A model generated the notes under the pieces. The model worked only from the letters and a program-made list of their open reading frames with translations, was not told where the DNA came from and searched no databases. This document shows positions 14,013 through 26,350 of a stretch of DNA of 64,000 bases, piece after piece. Origin of the DNA: Fimicolochytrium jonesii. Lineage: Eukaryota. A program made the position numbers and the translations under genes. Each line of letters begins with the position of its first letter. Within the stretch, counting starts at the first letter, position 1. Location of the stretch: positions 434,001 through 498,000 of the forward strand of contig NW_026515677.1 in assembly GCF_025526975.1 (NCBI RefSeq). The letters run 5' to 3'.

Positions 14013-15819
14013 GGTGGTGGTCGTTTCGCTGGAAAATTGGGAGGTTCGTTTGAATGCCGTGCTTCATCCACCGACCGACTTGGGGACGTGCGGTATCGAT
14101 ATGCCGTGAGTCCTGGTGACAATATGCTGATTCGTGTCGAGAAGAGTCGAGAAATGGGTGGAAAATCCCTGGTGATGTCAAGGGTTAAAATGTCGTTGTC
14201 GTCGGCTGTTGGCGGGACTTCCCGAGTTCCTGTGTGGAAAATGGGGAGATGGGGTCCATCACCGGCAGTGGCTCTGATCGATTCCCGCAGCCGTCGGTCG
14301 GAGCGTCGCCTGGTGCCTGTTTGCATGTGCGGGAGAGTGACACGACGCGCAGACAATGCATTGCTAATCCGCACATGAGCGTCGCACAAGGGAGCAGTAA
14401 TCGGTGACTCACAAACTCTTGCAGCCAAGCCACTCGCCGCCAAGCCACTCACGTGAGAGCATTTGATGTTACACAAACTTTTGCCAAAATCCTTATAAAG
14501 ACGCAGCGTCTGGCATCCCCTCTTTCAAAAATATCGACGATACTCATAAGGTAGGTCTCCCATACCTTCACGCACCACACAGCTAAATCCGCCTTCGATA
14601 TGGCTTCGTATTCACCCAATCTCTCCCACGACAACAGGATCATATTATGCAGTTCATCGTACCTCGCTTTGTTTTCTAACAAAGCCGCACATATCACCAA
14701 GGATGATGAGACGAAGAGCCTCTACCCAACACGAAGTGGGAAGTGTTTTGAGGTCGGTTTATCTGGCCTCCGCTTCCGTTGAAGATTACGCCTCTGGGAT
14801 ATTCCAACCCAGTAGGAGGGGTAGTGGGTTCCGTCTGACTTGGTCTCGACGCAACACAGTTGGAATGCAGTACGAGCGTGCTTGTTCTATGAGGTCATAA
14901 AAAACCTTAGCCTTCGTCCGCTTCAGGTGCTCTTATTTTGAGCAACCGTTGGACGAACGCAAGGGTCTTTCTATGGCTTCATTGACCATCACACATATTA
15001 ATCGTACGCCGCTGTTCGTTCATCGCACTTTTCTTGTACTTGTGTAAGACACCAAGTTAATAGGCGAAGCAAAAAGCGAAAGTGATGAGTCTATTTCACG
15101 ACGGTCTACTGAGATCTGACCATGCTGTAACCGCCTGTATATTGGGCACTTCTCTGAACCGCTTTTTGCTTCGGGCAAATGCTTCTTTTTATCTTGCGCT
15201 GAACGTGCAGGTGCATGCCGAAATGATCTATCAATGCTTGACGGTCGGCTGTATCTGTACTATGCACTGTGCGTTTCAGAGGAGCGCGGTGTGCCTTCAA
15301 GTTCAGTCGGTCGTGATTATAGTCACGACCAAGGTGTGCATGTGGATGGTCGGCGTCTCAGATTTGAGAGACAAGAAAAGAGTGTGGCGTGTGGCAACGT
15401 TCTGTGTCGAGCGGATGGAATGCGGATGAGTAATGACGACCACGGGCGAGTTCCAGATGTCCAAATATCGCTCGGGAATGGTGGTCAATTGTGAAGCGTT
15501 GGGCGTATTGCTGGCCCATGAAATGGAAGGGCCGAGAAGGTTGTGAAGAAAACCCTCCTCGGAGTGTCTAGTCCGGCGCATTATCGCTGTGGGGTAAGAT
15601 TCTCAGGGGCCTGTGCAAAAATGTAACATGGGCGTCGCTGCTCCATTTTCGCTGCAGCAAAATAACCGCTGCTGACGCGTGAACAGGTGAAGGGTATGCA
15701 AATCCATGTCGCCCGTGTGCAAAAATGTATAATGTGCGATCCAGCGAAACAAGCTCGTGAGGGGTATTCGCCGAATTCAGGTGCACAAGCCCTTCGCTCG
15801 CTACCTCTTCCCCAACGGC

Positions 15820-15826
15820 TATAAAA
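15820..15826 (+). promoter_or_regulatory. TATA box of the metallothionein gene
   Basis: TATAAAA about 150 nt upstream of ATG 15975, followed by an AC-rich leader. Confidence 0.6.
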
Positions 15827-15974
15827 GCACGGGTGGGGTTGGCCAGCCCTCCTCATTTTCTTCATCACCCACACATCGATTCACAAGAAACAATCGTCCA
15901 TATCACATCGATATACCAAACCGCAACCAAACCACAACCAAACCACAACCAAACCCACAACACCAACTCGCAAA

Positions 15975-16340
15975 ATGTCTTCCACTGAACAAAAGCTCGG
16001 CGTGTGCGAATGCGGAGTCGGATGCGGCTGCGACGGCGCCCACGGAACCGCTTGCAAGTGCAACTCTGCCGAAGTCAAGGCCCAGGCCGCTAGCAAGAAG
16101 GCGAGCGCTCACTGCACGTGTGGATCGGAGTGCGTCTGCCCTGCTCAGAACGAGAAGTAGGTGTCCCTTTCCCCTCACTACATATACACATTTTTCTTTC
16201 TCGTCGAACTGGATTTTAACCGAACACTCCCACCCTTGTTTTCTAGGTGCAACTGCGGTGAACCCGAAAGGAAGGCTGCCCACCACTCATGCTCCTGCGG
16301 CGAGGCATGCAAGTGCCCTAAGGGTCAATGCAACTGCTAA
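15975..16340 (+). CDS. Metallothionein, 91 aa, 18 Cys in nine CxC motifs; exons 15975-16156 and 16247-16340
   Basis: MSSTEQKLGVCECGVGCGC...CKC...CTC...CVC joined through intron 16157-16246 (GTAGGT...TTCTAG) to KCNCGEPERKAAHHSCSCGEACKCPKGQCNC*; no aromatic residues. Confidence 0.9.
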
Positions 16341-17275
16341 ACCATCAAAGATGCGTACATTCAAGCTCGGAGGTCATATCGGACTGAATCGGGAGCATCG
16401 GGAGCAAGCAAGCATTTACTCTAGCATGACGTTGGAGGAACAGCCTCGCAACGTCTGAAATATCCCATCATGCCGTGATTCGTGCCTATATCCTGTTCGA
16501 TAGCTCTTGTTTTTTTGGGTCCCTGTATATATCCCGGTATAAGTTATGCAATCAAAATCGAAAAGAATTGCTACCGTATCGCCTCACAGCACAAAAATGT
16601 CCCTTCACAATGTCTTCTTCATTAGTACTGTATGGCTGAGACAGAGAGTTCGTCGGGTAGATACAAGGCCGTAAACGTTTTCTTTCCTGCCAGCTTTCTC
16701 CAGGGTAATATAAGGGGTTATCGATACAGTGCATAGCCTAAAGCGGTGGCCAAACTACAAATGTAGGCAGCAACACGCAACGGGCCAAGACGTCCCAACG
16801 CCGTCCATTTGATCGGGCCAAATGACCTGCACAACGAAGGTCGGGGACATATATACTGTATATACCGTGCCCGTGATACGTACGACCTGAACAGCACTGG
16901 GCATCCCATCCGAGGACTGGATATAGATAGTCGGATAGTAGTCATGAGAAGCTTCCATAATCGATCCATGTCCCGGAACAACCGGTTGCATAAAGTGGGG
17001 AGGTGTTCTTTCGTTCGGCGTGCGTGGAGGGCGAAGGTGATGTCATGAACGCGGAGCTGGCGGGGCGCAATCGATTCCCCAAGCCCGTTCACATGCATTT
17101 GAAGAAACTCCACAGCTGTGTCCCGTTCCTCTCCAAAAAAAACACACTTTCATCGACTCCATTTACGCTCCAGCAGAGACCTGATAACTTAAAGCGAACC
17201 CCTGGACCCAGGATACAGTAGGCATATCAGCATTAGATTCACATTTTGTCCCGCCGACCCGAAAATACTTCCACA

Positions 17276-18112
17276 ATGACGACCACAAGCTTCGCACCCC
17301 ACGCTCATAACGAAGCCATCATTGTGATGGGCGTCAGCGGCAGCGGCAAGTCGACCGTCGCGGAGGGTGTTGCGAAACGGTTGCGTGAGCTCAAAACGCC
17401 AGAGGGTCAGGCGCCGCTGGAGGTTGTGTGCTTGGATGGGGACGACTTTCATACCGAGGAGCATAAGAAGAAGATGGCTAGCGGGCATGTAAGTAGGAAG
17501 GACGGTGCAATGCATGGAGTGGGGCAGGGGTCAGAGGGGGGATACTGGGAGGGTCATTGCAGCGGGACGAATGGCTTGCTGGCATGGGGCATCAGCGATT
17601 CTCTGCTGAACGAATGGGTACTCTGAAAACAGGCGCTCACAGACGAGGACAGACAACCATGGTAAGAAAGCCTTCTTCTATATAGCCTCCTTATCCAAGT
17701 TTGCGACCCTGAACTCTTTCCGCCCTCTAGGCTGCAGACGCTAGTCGAAGAAGTCGACAAAGCCGCCTCCAAGCCCACGCCTGACCCCAAAATTATCCTC
17801 CTAGCCTGCTCCAGCCTCAAACGCCAATACCGCGACCTCCTCCGCCGCTGCCTCGTCGCGAACGGCGGTAAGATCGACCTACTCCGCTTCCTCTACCTCG
17901 ACGCGCCCCGCGAGGAGTTGGTGCAAAGGCTGAAATCGAGACAGGGGCACTATTTCAAGGTGGATGGACTTGATAGCCAGCTGGAGACGCTGGAGAAGCC
18001 TGATCCGAAGGAGGAGACGGATGCGATATGGGTGGAGCATGTTGCGGAACACAAGGCGGAGGACGTTGTGCAGAAGTCCTTGGCCGCTTTGGGATTCCCA
18101 GCATCTGCGTAA
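17276..18112 (+). CDS. IDNK: Gluconokinase (GntK/IdnK type), 3 exons
   Basis: P-loop IVMGVSGSGKST, DGDDFH, ALTDEDRQPWL, LACSSLKRQYRDLL, RQGHYF, LDSQLETLE. Confidence 0.93.
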
Positions 18113-18560
18113 TCGGGATGGGCCAAGAGCTGATGCAGTTTTCCATAGTTTCTTACATGCGTGCCGGCGTATGACTGGGAACCTTCTTGCACAGTGAGCA
18201 GCAGTAAAGGTTTTGGGTACAGCAATGATATTTCGGGAGAAGTTCAAACGCGTACATAGGACCATTTTCTCTCACTTTGATTTACAACTACACACTTTTT
18301 CGCCTCAGATGTCGAAGCTGTACAACTCCATTGCGAAACTAAACTAAACTAAAACAGCCAATACGCCATTATGATAGCGGGCTACAGTACATCGATGGTT
18401 GGTATTGAAGGTATCAGGATTGCAGTCAAATGCAGACTGCAGGGTTGCTGTTCGGTTCACTTGATAAAGGACGAATTCCTCAAGTTTTGGCCCTAATTCA
18501 GGCGATCAATCGCACGGGAGAACACTTGGTGAGGACACACGTGCGGCGCGATGCAAATGC

Positions 18561-19762
18561 TCAGAAACGGCGTTGGTATGAGTAGTCTGATCTGCCTGTC
18601 AAAGTATGAGTAAGGATGACAGGCAAGGAAACGATAATCGGTGTGCCAAACCATTGTGTCTTATTCTCCTACCCTCATGCTTCTCAAAGCGCCTCAAATC
18701 CCGGTCTGCATGTTTGTGCTTGACGGGCTTGTCTGGCTTGTCGAACTTGTCGGGGTACACGTCCATTTCGCCGGCCTCGAAATATTCTTCCTCATCAAGA
18801 TATTCCTCATCGAGCAACTCCTCGTCCTCGTCCTCGTCTTCGCCCTCGGCCTCGTCTTCGTCGTCGCCGTCGATTTTGAAACTTTCGAGGTTTTGGGTGA
18901 ACTTGAAAACGACTTTTTGGTCCTCAATGGGTTGGTATTTGACGGGCTCATTTTGATCAGTGTTGTCCGTAGCCGGGGGAGGGGTATCGTCACGGTCCAA
19001 GACGAGGATGGGTTCCGAACCTTGTTTTTGAGTGCCGTTATTCTCAGGGTCGTTTTTGCCTTCGTTGAGCTCCTCCTCCTCAACATCTCCATTCCCGTCC
19101 TTTTCAGTCCCCGCCTCATCCCCAATGCTCTTCATATCGCCATCGCCGTCAGCAGTATGCAACATACGGTGAGTACCAGCGGCCTCAACGTTGCATTGCG
19201 CGACGGCGTCATCAGCAGCGCACCTTTCTTCCTCATCCTGCGCTTTCTTGTACGAGCTCATCACTTCCTTCAGGAGCGCATCGCACTCGTCCATGCACGC
19301 TTCGTACCGCTTGATGCGCTTGTGGGTTTCTTCCTCGACTTGTTCGAGTTTGCGCTTGTGAGATATTTGCGCTTGGGTCAGTTCATCTTTAAGCTTTTCG
19401 TTCGCGGTGCGGAGATCGTCGAGCTCGCTGGACTGCACGGCGAAGCGGTCTTTGAGCTTCTTAAACTCGGACGAGGTGTGTGTGAGTTGGTTGCGCGTGG
19501 ACTTGAGGAGGGTTGATTGGGACTGGAATTGCGAGAGGAAGTTTGAAACGTTTTCCTTCACACGAGAGACTGAAGTGCTAAGCATTTTGAGGCGAGCCTA
19601 GACGAATTTATTATAGCGATATGAGAAACGGGTGAATGACATGTTTCACAGGGCGGCTCTTATCGTCATCTGTACCTCTTCGGCATCACCGCCGAAATCC
19701 GACAGCGCTGGGATCTTTTGGCTACTTGGGGTTTTCTCGAGTAGCAGCGGTTCGAGTTGCAT
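18561..19762 (-). CDS. Hypothetical protein, N-terminal coiled coil and acidic disordered C-terminal half
   Basis: 328-codon central ORF 18599-19585; plausible upstream exon from ATG 19762 and short terminal exon ending TGA at 18561. Ends are uncertain. Confidence 0.65.
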
Positions 19763-20510
19763 ATCTGCGCTTAGCGATATTCAATGGAGCAGTTGCGTGG
19801 ATAGAGCTCCGTTTCTAGAAAAGAGAGAAAGACAGAGAGTTGCCAAAAATATGTCACGGTGGGTTCCCAGGAGGGAAGTTCGGAAAGTGGGGGGGGAGGC
19901 CCACCAGAGAAGGGATGTCGGAAACGGCGTGGAGAGGAGTGTGACGCATCGGAAGTGGAGACATGATGTAAAATGACAAAGAATTAAGGAAAAGGCTTTC
20001 TCTCCATGCTATAGTCGTCCCCCATCTCATGTCACTCAACAAATTCAGTCCATTGACAGCAGAAAACTGTCATTGAATCCGCCTGTCAAAATCTCTCCGC
20101 GGGAGCCACCTGAATCCAAGAAACCCGACATGATTGGCTGAGGTGGCAACATAAACTTTGTTTCGGATGATGGTGATAAGGGGATATGACCATTGCTATG
20201 GGAAAGGGAACCCGGTGCGTCGGGACGCGGCTCAGCGCGCATCCGGGACCGAACGACTTGACCAACTCGATCCAGTGATGATTCAAGTGTCTGATCCGGT
20301 TGTCTGGACGGTGGAACTGTGAATAGTTGTATATCAACCAGGGGCCACGAGCCCCATCATGAACCAGTGGCCTGCGTAATAACGCGGCGCATCCATCCAA
20401 TAAAGCAAACCAAACGCGTTGCGAGTTGCGGCAAAGGAGCCGCACACGGGAGAGACGAAGCGAGCCACTCTCGTCACAGGACAGCAGGTCGCTTTCTTTG
20501 CTCGGGAGGA

Positions 20511-20533
20511 CCCCCCCCCCCCCCCCCCCCCCC
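20511..20533. repeat. Poly(C)23 homopolymer
   Basis: 23 consecutive C. Confidence 0.95.
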
Positions 20534-20902
20534 AGAACCCATCGCTTGCCAGCGCCGCCCAAGAACCCATAACCTTAGGTCCCGCGCAGAGAATTTGGGG
20601 TTTTGTTTCCTGCAACTCTTCCTAATCCCGAACGGAAATTTGAGCTGGTCTCGCTTGTCCAAAACGGTGCTTCTTCTTTCATTCACAAGTACGGCGGGCC
20701 CGTAGGCAAAAGCATCGGTTCGCTGCCCACTCTCAATTCGGTGACAATCTCACGACACCATTGGAACCAACAAACACAGCAACTTTCAACCATCAGTTAG
20801 TGGAGGGGTGCGCTTTCACGATACGGAACAGCAGGAGTTAGAATTGACGAGCGTGCAGAAGGAAAGCCTCACATGCGCTAACGTGGGATAAGGGTGGAAG
20901 GC

Positions 20903-23900
20903 ATGGTTCAAGTACGAGGGATACCGAGGCGGCCGCCGCTACGGTGGCCGCTTGTAGTTCTCCTTGCGCTGCTTCTGCTATCGGCGGTGCTTCCGACCGC
21001 TGTCTTTGCGAAGAAGTCCGCAAAGTCACCGGCAGCTTTGGACAAGTCTTTACCTGCGAGTTCTGCGCCGACAACATCCTTGGCAGAACAGCTGCCCACC
21101 TCAACTTTTAGTCGCAACAAAAAATCCCGCGATCCTATCTCTTCGACTCTCGAGCCGAGCGAGGACCCCAAAACAGATGTGAAAACGATTTCGAAAGCGT
21201 CGAAGGAACCCACGAAGACATCTACAGCTGTTCTCACTTCTTTGCCAAGCAAAGACGTCTCGACTACTACTTCCGACACTTCGCCAACATCAACTGTACA
21301 GCCTGATACCAGTGCCTCGACATCTGAAGCACCCGTTCGCACTAAGAGTAAGAAGAGCAGGAGCATCCTTTCGACGACAACCTCAGAACAGTCCTCTGTG
21401 GCCACCAGCACAACGGAATCAGTTCGTCCCCAAAGCTCCGTCGCGGAACCTTCAAGTATCACCTCGGAGGTAATATCTGCTTCAACAATAACCGAAAAAG
21501 AAACAGTCCGTGCGACGGAGAAGAGTACCGTCGTCGAGAGCCTTTCCACGAGCCTCCCATCAACTGAGCCGCAACCGACAAAGGCGACCGAGGGTGTACC
21601 GTCAGATGTGACCCCTACATCACTGGCCTCCTCCACAGAAACCCCCTCTGCGTCATCAAGCTCACCCTCGGATGTGACGCCTACGTCTCTGGCGTCCTCA
21701 GCAGAAACCCCTTCTGCGTCATCTAGCTCACCAACGGATGTGACGCGAGAGCCGACGACTAGCACTAGCGTTGTAGAGACCATCTCGACTCTGCCGTCTG
21801 TCTCTGAACCTGTGAAGAGCACTCAGGGGATCTCCGATGTGCCCGGTACAACAACGGCAGCTCCGGAGGCCACAGAATCGAGTTCCGTTACGCCAGCCAC
21901 CAGACCATCCACGGTGGTCAACCGAAGGAAGAAAAGGCCCGTTACACGCCGCCCTGAGACTTTGAGCACATTCGCTGAGCCCGAGGAAACGTCCGGCTTG
22001 ACGGTGGCCACTGACGCAACGGAGATCACATCCGTCATCCCGGCTCCGACTGAAACCCCTGAGCAGCCTAGCCAATCCAATGAGCGGCAGACGCCAACGG
22101 AAACAACTCCTTCTCCTCCGTTGGAAAGCCCACAGCGGTCACAGGAAGAGCCGACACTGACACCGACACCGGACCCAACCCTGCCCCCAAACCCACCACT
22201 TCCGAGCATCACGGATCAGCCTCCCGCTCCATCTCCGGTACCACCGGCACAAACTCCCGTCCCCGTTCCGCCGAGTGAGCCACCAACTTCCGACGCACCT
22301 GCGCCAGGACCGGCACCAAAACCAACGAAGGTGCCGCCACAAATTCCATCCGAAGATCCGCCGAAGCCATCAGCGGACAGGTATGTATCTAGGTCATCAT
22401 ACCTCGCTTGCAGCCCTCATTTGCTCATCAATTTTACTCCCCGCGTTGTTGCTTTAACAGTCCGAAGCCAACTCAAGCCCAGCAGATTGTTTTACCAACG
22501 CCCTCGTCACGACCCAGTCCAATCAAAGCGTTGAACATTGAGACTGCGCCCATCATTCTCACACCTGCTAAGGACAACACTGCACCTTCAGCCGCCGTGA
22601 TAGTCGGAGCCGCAGGGCCGTTTCCGGCCAGCGTCCCCACTACTCCGTTGCCTGGCCAAAACGATGCCGCGTCGGGTGCTCCCAATGGCGCTTCTGGTCC
22701 GACACCTCCTCTGGGCGCACAACCAGCCACAAACTCCCTGGACCAGGAGGCAGGAAAGCCTTCCACAGCTGTGATTGCTGGCGCCTCCGTTGCCGGCATC
22801 ATGGTCGTTGTTGTCGCCGGGCTCGCCGTTGGTTATCGCATGCGTCCCAAGCCAAGCGGACCCGCCTTGGAGAGCGGTTTTGCAAGCCCACATGGTTTCG
22901 ACGGTAAGCCGCCTTCCAGCGCCGGCGGCTCTATCCCTCGCGGCGCCGGCCCCGGTGTATTTGCTGGTTCGAACCACAGCCAAGAGCATATTGCGACGAT
23001 ACCGAGCAACTTCGATGTTGAGTGGAGCTTGAACGCGCTGTCCACGGGCTCGACGTTCAACCCGAAGTATCCCTCACCGCAGCGCAACGTGCAAGGTGAA
23101 TTCGCCGACGAAGCGTTCCTCGGTGTGCCCACGCTTGCGCCGTACAGACCAACGCCCGGCGTACATAACACAGCGGCGGCCGCGAGCATTGGAATGCCGG
23201 CCCTCGCTGTAGCCCCCATTTCGCCAGTATGGAGCAGTGGGGCGTCCGAAGCCCCCGCGACATCGGAGCCGGTGTCCCTGGCGCGTTCACGCCAGTCCGC
23301 CGTGACAGTCGTCGACACTGAAAACGCCAACGAGTTCTTCACCGGGCACCACCACGCCATGCCCGAATACGACCCAGCGTTTCTGAACGCCGGCGCGCCC
23401 GCCTCAGCCGTCGGAGCCGGCTCAGGGATGCTGCTCAGCAAATCCCTCGATTCCGACCGCCACTTCGACTCCGGCAGCGAGATGAGCACCATCGACCGGC
23501 CCCAGATCATTACAACCCCTTACGCACTCGCCTCCCGCAATCCCTACACCTACGAGAACGACAGGTATCCCCGCGACTCGCAGAGCACCAACGGCGACTG
23601 GACGAACTCCACCTACTCCAACGACAACGACTCGGGCTACGACCCTGACACCGCCGACACGCAGGTCGGCACGCCCGTGACCTCCAGCGAGCGCCCGCAT
23701 AGCCGCGTGCCGTACGCGTTCTCAGGCGCGCAAAGGACAAATGTCGTTGACATGCTCGGTGACAGCTCGAGTGAAGAATTTGACATCGACGACCAAGGAC
23801 TCGCACCATCGTCGATGGACATGGCCGAAGAAGTCAAAAACGCGTACAAGAAGGTGTTCAGGCTGACCTACCAGTCCGCAGGCAGTTTCGAGAGCGACGG

Positions 23901-23937
23901 CGCGCCCGTCCTGGCGCCCCTGGATGGCATGGTCTAA
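20903..23937 (+). CDS. Single-pass mucin-like surface sensor: signal peptide, S/T/P-rich ectodomain, TM helix, long cytoplasmic tail
   Basis: Hydrophobic LVVLLALLLLSAVLPTAVFA, about 550 aa S/T/P-rich region, TM AVIAGASVAGIMVVVVAGLAVGY followed by RMRPK; one intron near 22381-22460. Confidence 0.85.
21599..21745 (+). repeat. Coding tandem repeat, 66-nt unit, about 2.2 copies
   Basis: PSDVTPTSLASS[T/A]ETPSASSSS twice plus partial PTDVT, with synonymous divergence between copies. Confidence 0.85.
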
Positions 23938-24574
23938 ATAACGGCGTAGTAGGGACACTTGAGACTTGTACATATTCGGCGTCTCTCTTCCCTTTCACTC
24001 CGACATGGACTGGTCTTCTATGAGATTAGGACAGTTTAGGTAGGGCTGTTCTACGTAGCTTTTAATTGTGTGCGTTTGGATGGGGGCACCTGTATCATTT
24101 TCTTTTCGCTTTGTGCGCCCTGCATTGACCCCGGACTTTTCTATTCACTGTCACGTATTGTATACTTTTTCCCCTTTCCTTCTATGCGAATTCATGGACT
24201 TTTCATTTCACTTTCAATCCTGATCATATTGTAATCTTTTCCATGAGCGATTCCGAGCGACTTCGGAGCCTCAAAAACAACTGGTTGTGCTCGATTCAGA
24301 TGGGTTGGAACAGTTGTGTGCCAGAATTCAGGTGTCCGGAACTGGACTTCCTCTACGCCCAGACATTGGACGATGCGAGTTCCCCACGACACTTCCCAAT
24401 TCGAACCCCAGCAACGATCTGCCCTCTCGACGTCCGGGAGGCCTTCCACAACGAAACACACCCGCAAATCGTCCCGACCAAGCATCACAAGATTGTTTTT
24501 GCAAGGTATTTTGTTGCTTTATATTATCGGCGACAAGGATTTGTGGTTTATAGGCCAGAAAAATCGAGGAAACT

Positions 24575-25278
24575 CTAGTGGTGCTCGGCGTGAGCGCGCT
24601 CTAAGAGTCCAGGGAAAACTCCCTCTTCCCTCTGCTCGTCCCACTTCTCAACCTGAGCGTAAGGGAAGAAGAGAGAAGTGATTGAGTATGATGATAAATC
24701 CGAACTGGAGTAATAGCCGTCCTTTGAGATGAAGAGAGTCTCCCTCTACCTCCAGTGCCAACTCCTAGTCTCCTCCGTCACCAGCGTGCGTAAAACACCC
24801 GTACTCGAACTCGGCCCCAGCATATTCCCACGACCGTTCCACCGGACCGTCCCACTATGGACAACAGCGTAAAGAAGAGAGACATAAGACTCACCCATTT
24901 CTCCGGGCACAAACTCCTGTACGCGCGCCTAAACTGATGGCAGGGCTGGTAGTCTTCACCCTTCGCCGCCGTGCACTTGAAGTAGTCGACATAATTTTGC
25001 CAGCAATTCTTGGTCTACCGATACAAGTTTGCGGAAGCCAATGGTTAGAACATGCTAGCCAGGGAGTCTGGTACACACGCAGGCGGGTTTGAGCGGTCCT
25101 CTCGCCAACACTCTCCCATCAGTTAGCTGCCCTCTCCAGCCTTGCCCAAGCTCGTCCCATAAACCCGGATCTCCTCCACATCAACACTCGTCTCGACTCT
25201 AACCTGGTTGGTGTTGGGGAACCGGGCATCGAAGCCAGCGGTCTTCAATTCGATTTTCGTCTCTGCTTCCTCAGACAT
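24575..25278 (-). CDS. COX12: Cytochrome c oxidase subunit 6B, 3 exons
   Basis: LKTAGFDARFPNTNQ|TKNCWQNYVDYFKC...CHQFRRAYRSLCPEKW|VEKWDEQREEGVFP. Confidence 0.96.
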
Positions 25279-25512
25279 TGTGCGGGACGGTATGGAGGTT
25301 GGGCGATGATTTGGCAAAGTGTCGAGCAACGCCGAAGTGGCAACTGCTGTCGGGCTTCGGTAGAATCCGGCGAACGTCATGCACGTGATCGTATTTTAAA
25401 TACGCTAGCTCCAACGCGTTAGTCGCGCGTTCAACCTGGCAATTCGCAAACAGGTTTGGAAAAGATCGGTCCCATACTCCCCAGAGAAAAGCACACAATT
25501 CATCACAGATCA

Positions 25513-26350
25513 ATGTTGCGAGACATGAGCGACGAAGGTAAGTCTTAATAGAGGTGGATGAACTCTAGGCGATGCGCACGCCACTAATTCCCACGTTGCA
25601 GATGTACCTCCACTGGAAGATATGACCGAGGAAGTCGCTCGGATGGAGAAGGTGCGACAACGATCAGCAGTACCCGAGCGAAGCGATCCTACGGCAAACG
25701 AGGAATTCTTGATCGAGGTTGCCAAGCCGGAGGTCGAGCACCTCGCATCACAGGTTAAACCAAAAACACAACAATCGAAAACACAACCGACCAAGACTGA
25801 TGTATGTTTGCGATGATAAAGACATCAATAATATCATGTGGGGAATTGACATCATCGACCATATAGAAATCGTTCGGGGGGTTGAAGAAGGGATTCTTCT
25901 CCTCTTCACCACGGTCTGGAGCAAGCAGAGCGGCGGACCCTCCGCGACCGAATATTCCAGTCATCAAACCTAAGGCGCCTGCAGCAGATGGGTTGCGATT
26001 TGACGAGGTTCAGCAGGCGATGCGGAGTCAGATGTCTATGTTGGACAAGCAAGGTACGCTCTGAATGTAAAGGAACACTTTACCAGTTAGGATGTACTAA
26101 TATGCAACTTGGTACAGAGTGGCTTACACCAGCGTTTCTTGAACGCATTGAGAAGTCGCCTCATCTCGCCCGCGCGTTAGCCGACCCGGCCTTCCAACAG
26201 GCTGCTGCGGAGATGTCAAAAAATCCTCAAGCAGCTTTCAAGAAATATGCAGTCCAACGGCCAGATCTGTTGCAGGCTTTGAGGGAGTTTGCAGGAATGT
26301 TGGGCGAGTCTTTGACGAGTATCGCTGAGACACAGGATGCGAGGCAGTAA
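25513..26350 (+). CDS. Small protein with C-terminal STI1/HOP-like (DP) domain
   Basis: Four exons linked by GT-AG introns; C-terminus WLTPAFLERIEKSPHLARALADPAFQQAAAEMSKNPQAAFKKY. Confidence 0.7.

Noticed and set aside
14449..14700. 83-codon minus ORF upstream of the bZIP
   Set aside because: Non-ATG start, no recognisable homology, and it overlaps promoter-like motifs.
20908..23510. Long antisense ORFs opposite the mucin (also 8440-9132 and 18641-19516)
   Set aside because: Shadow ORFs expected from GC-rich, low-complexity coding sequence.
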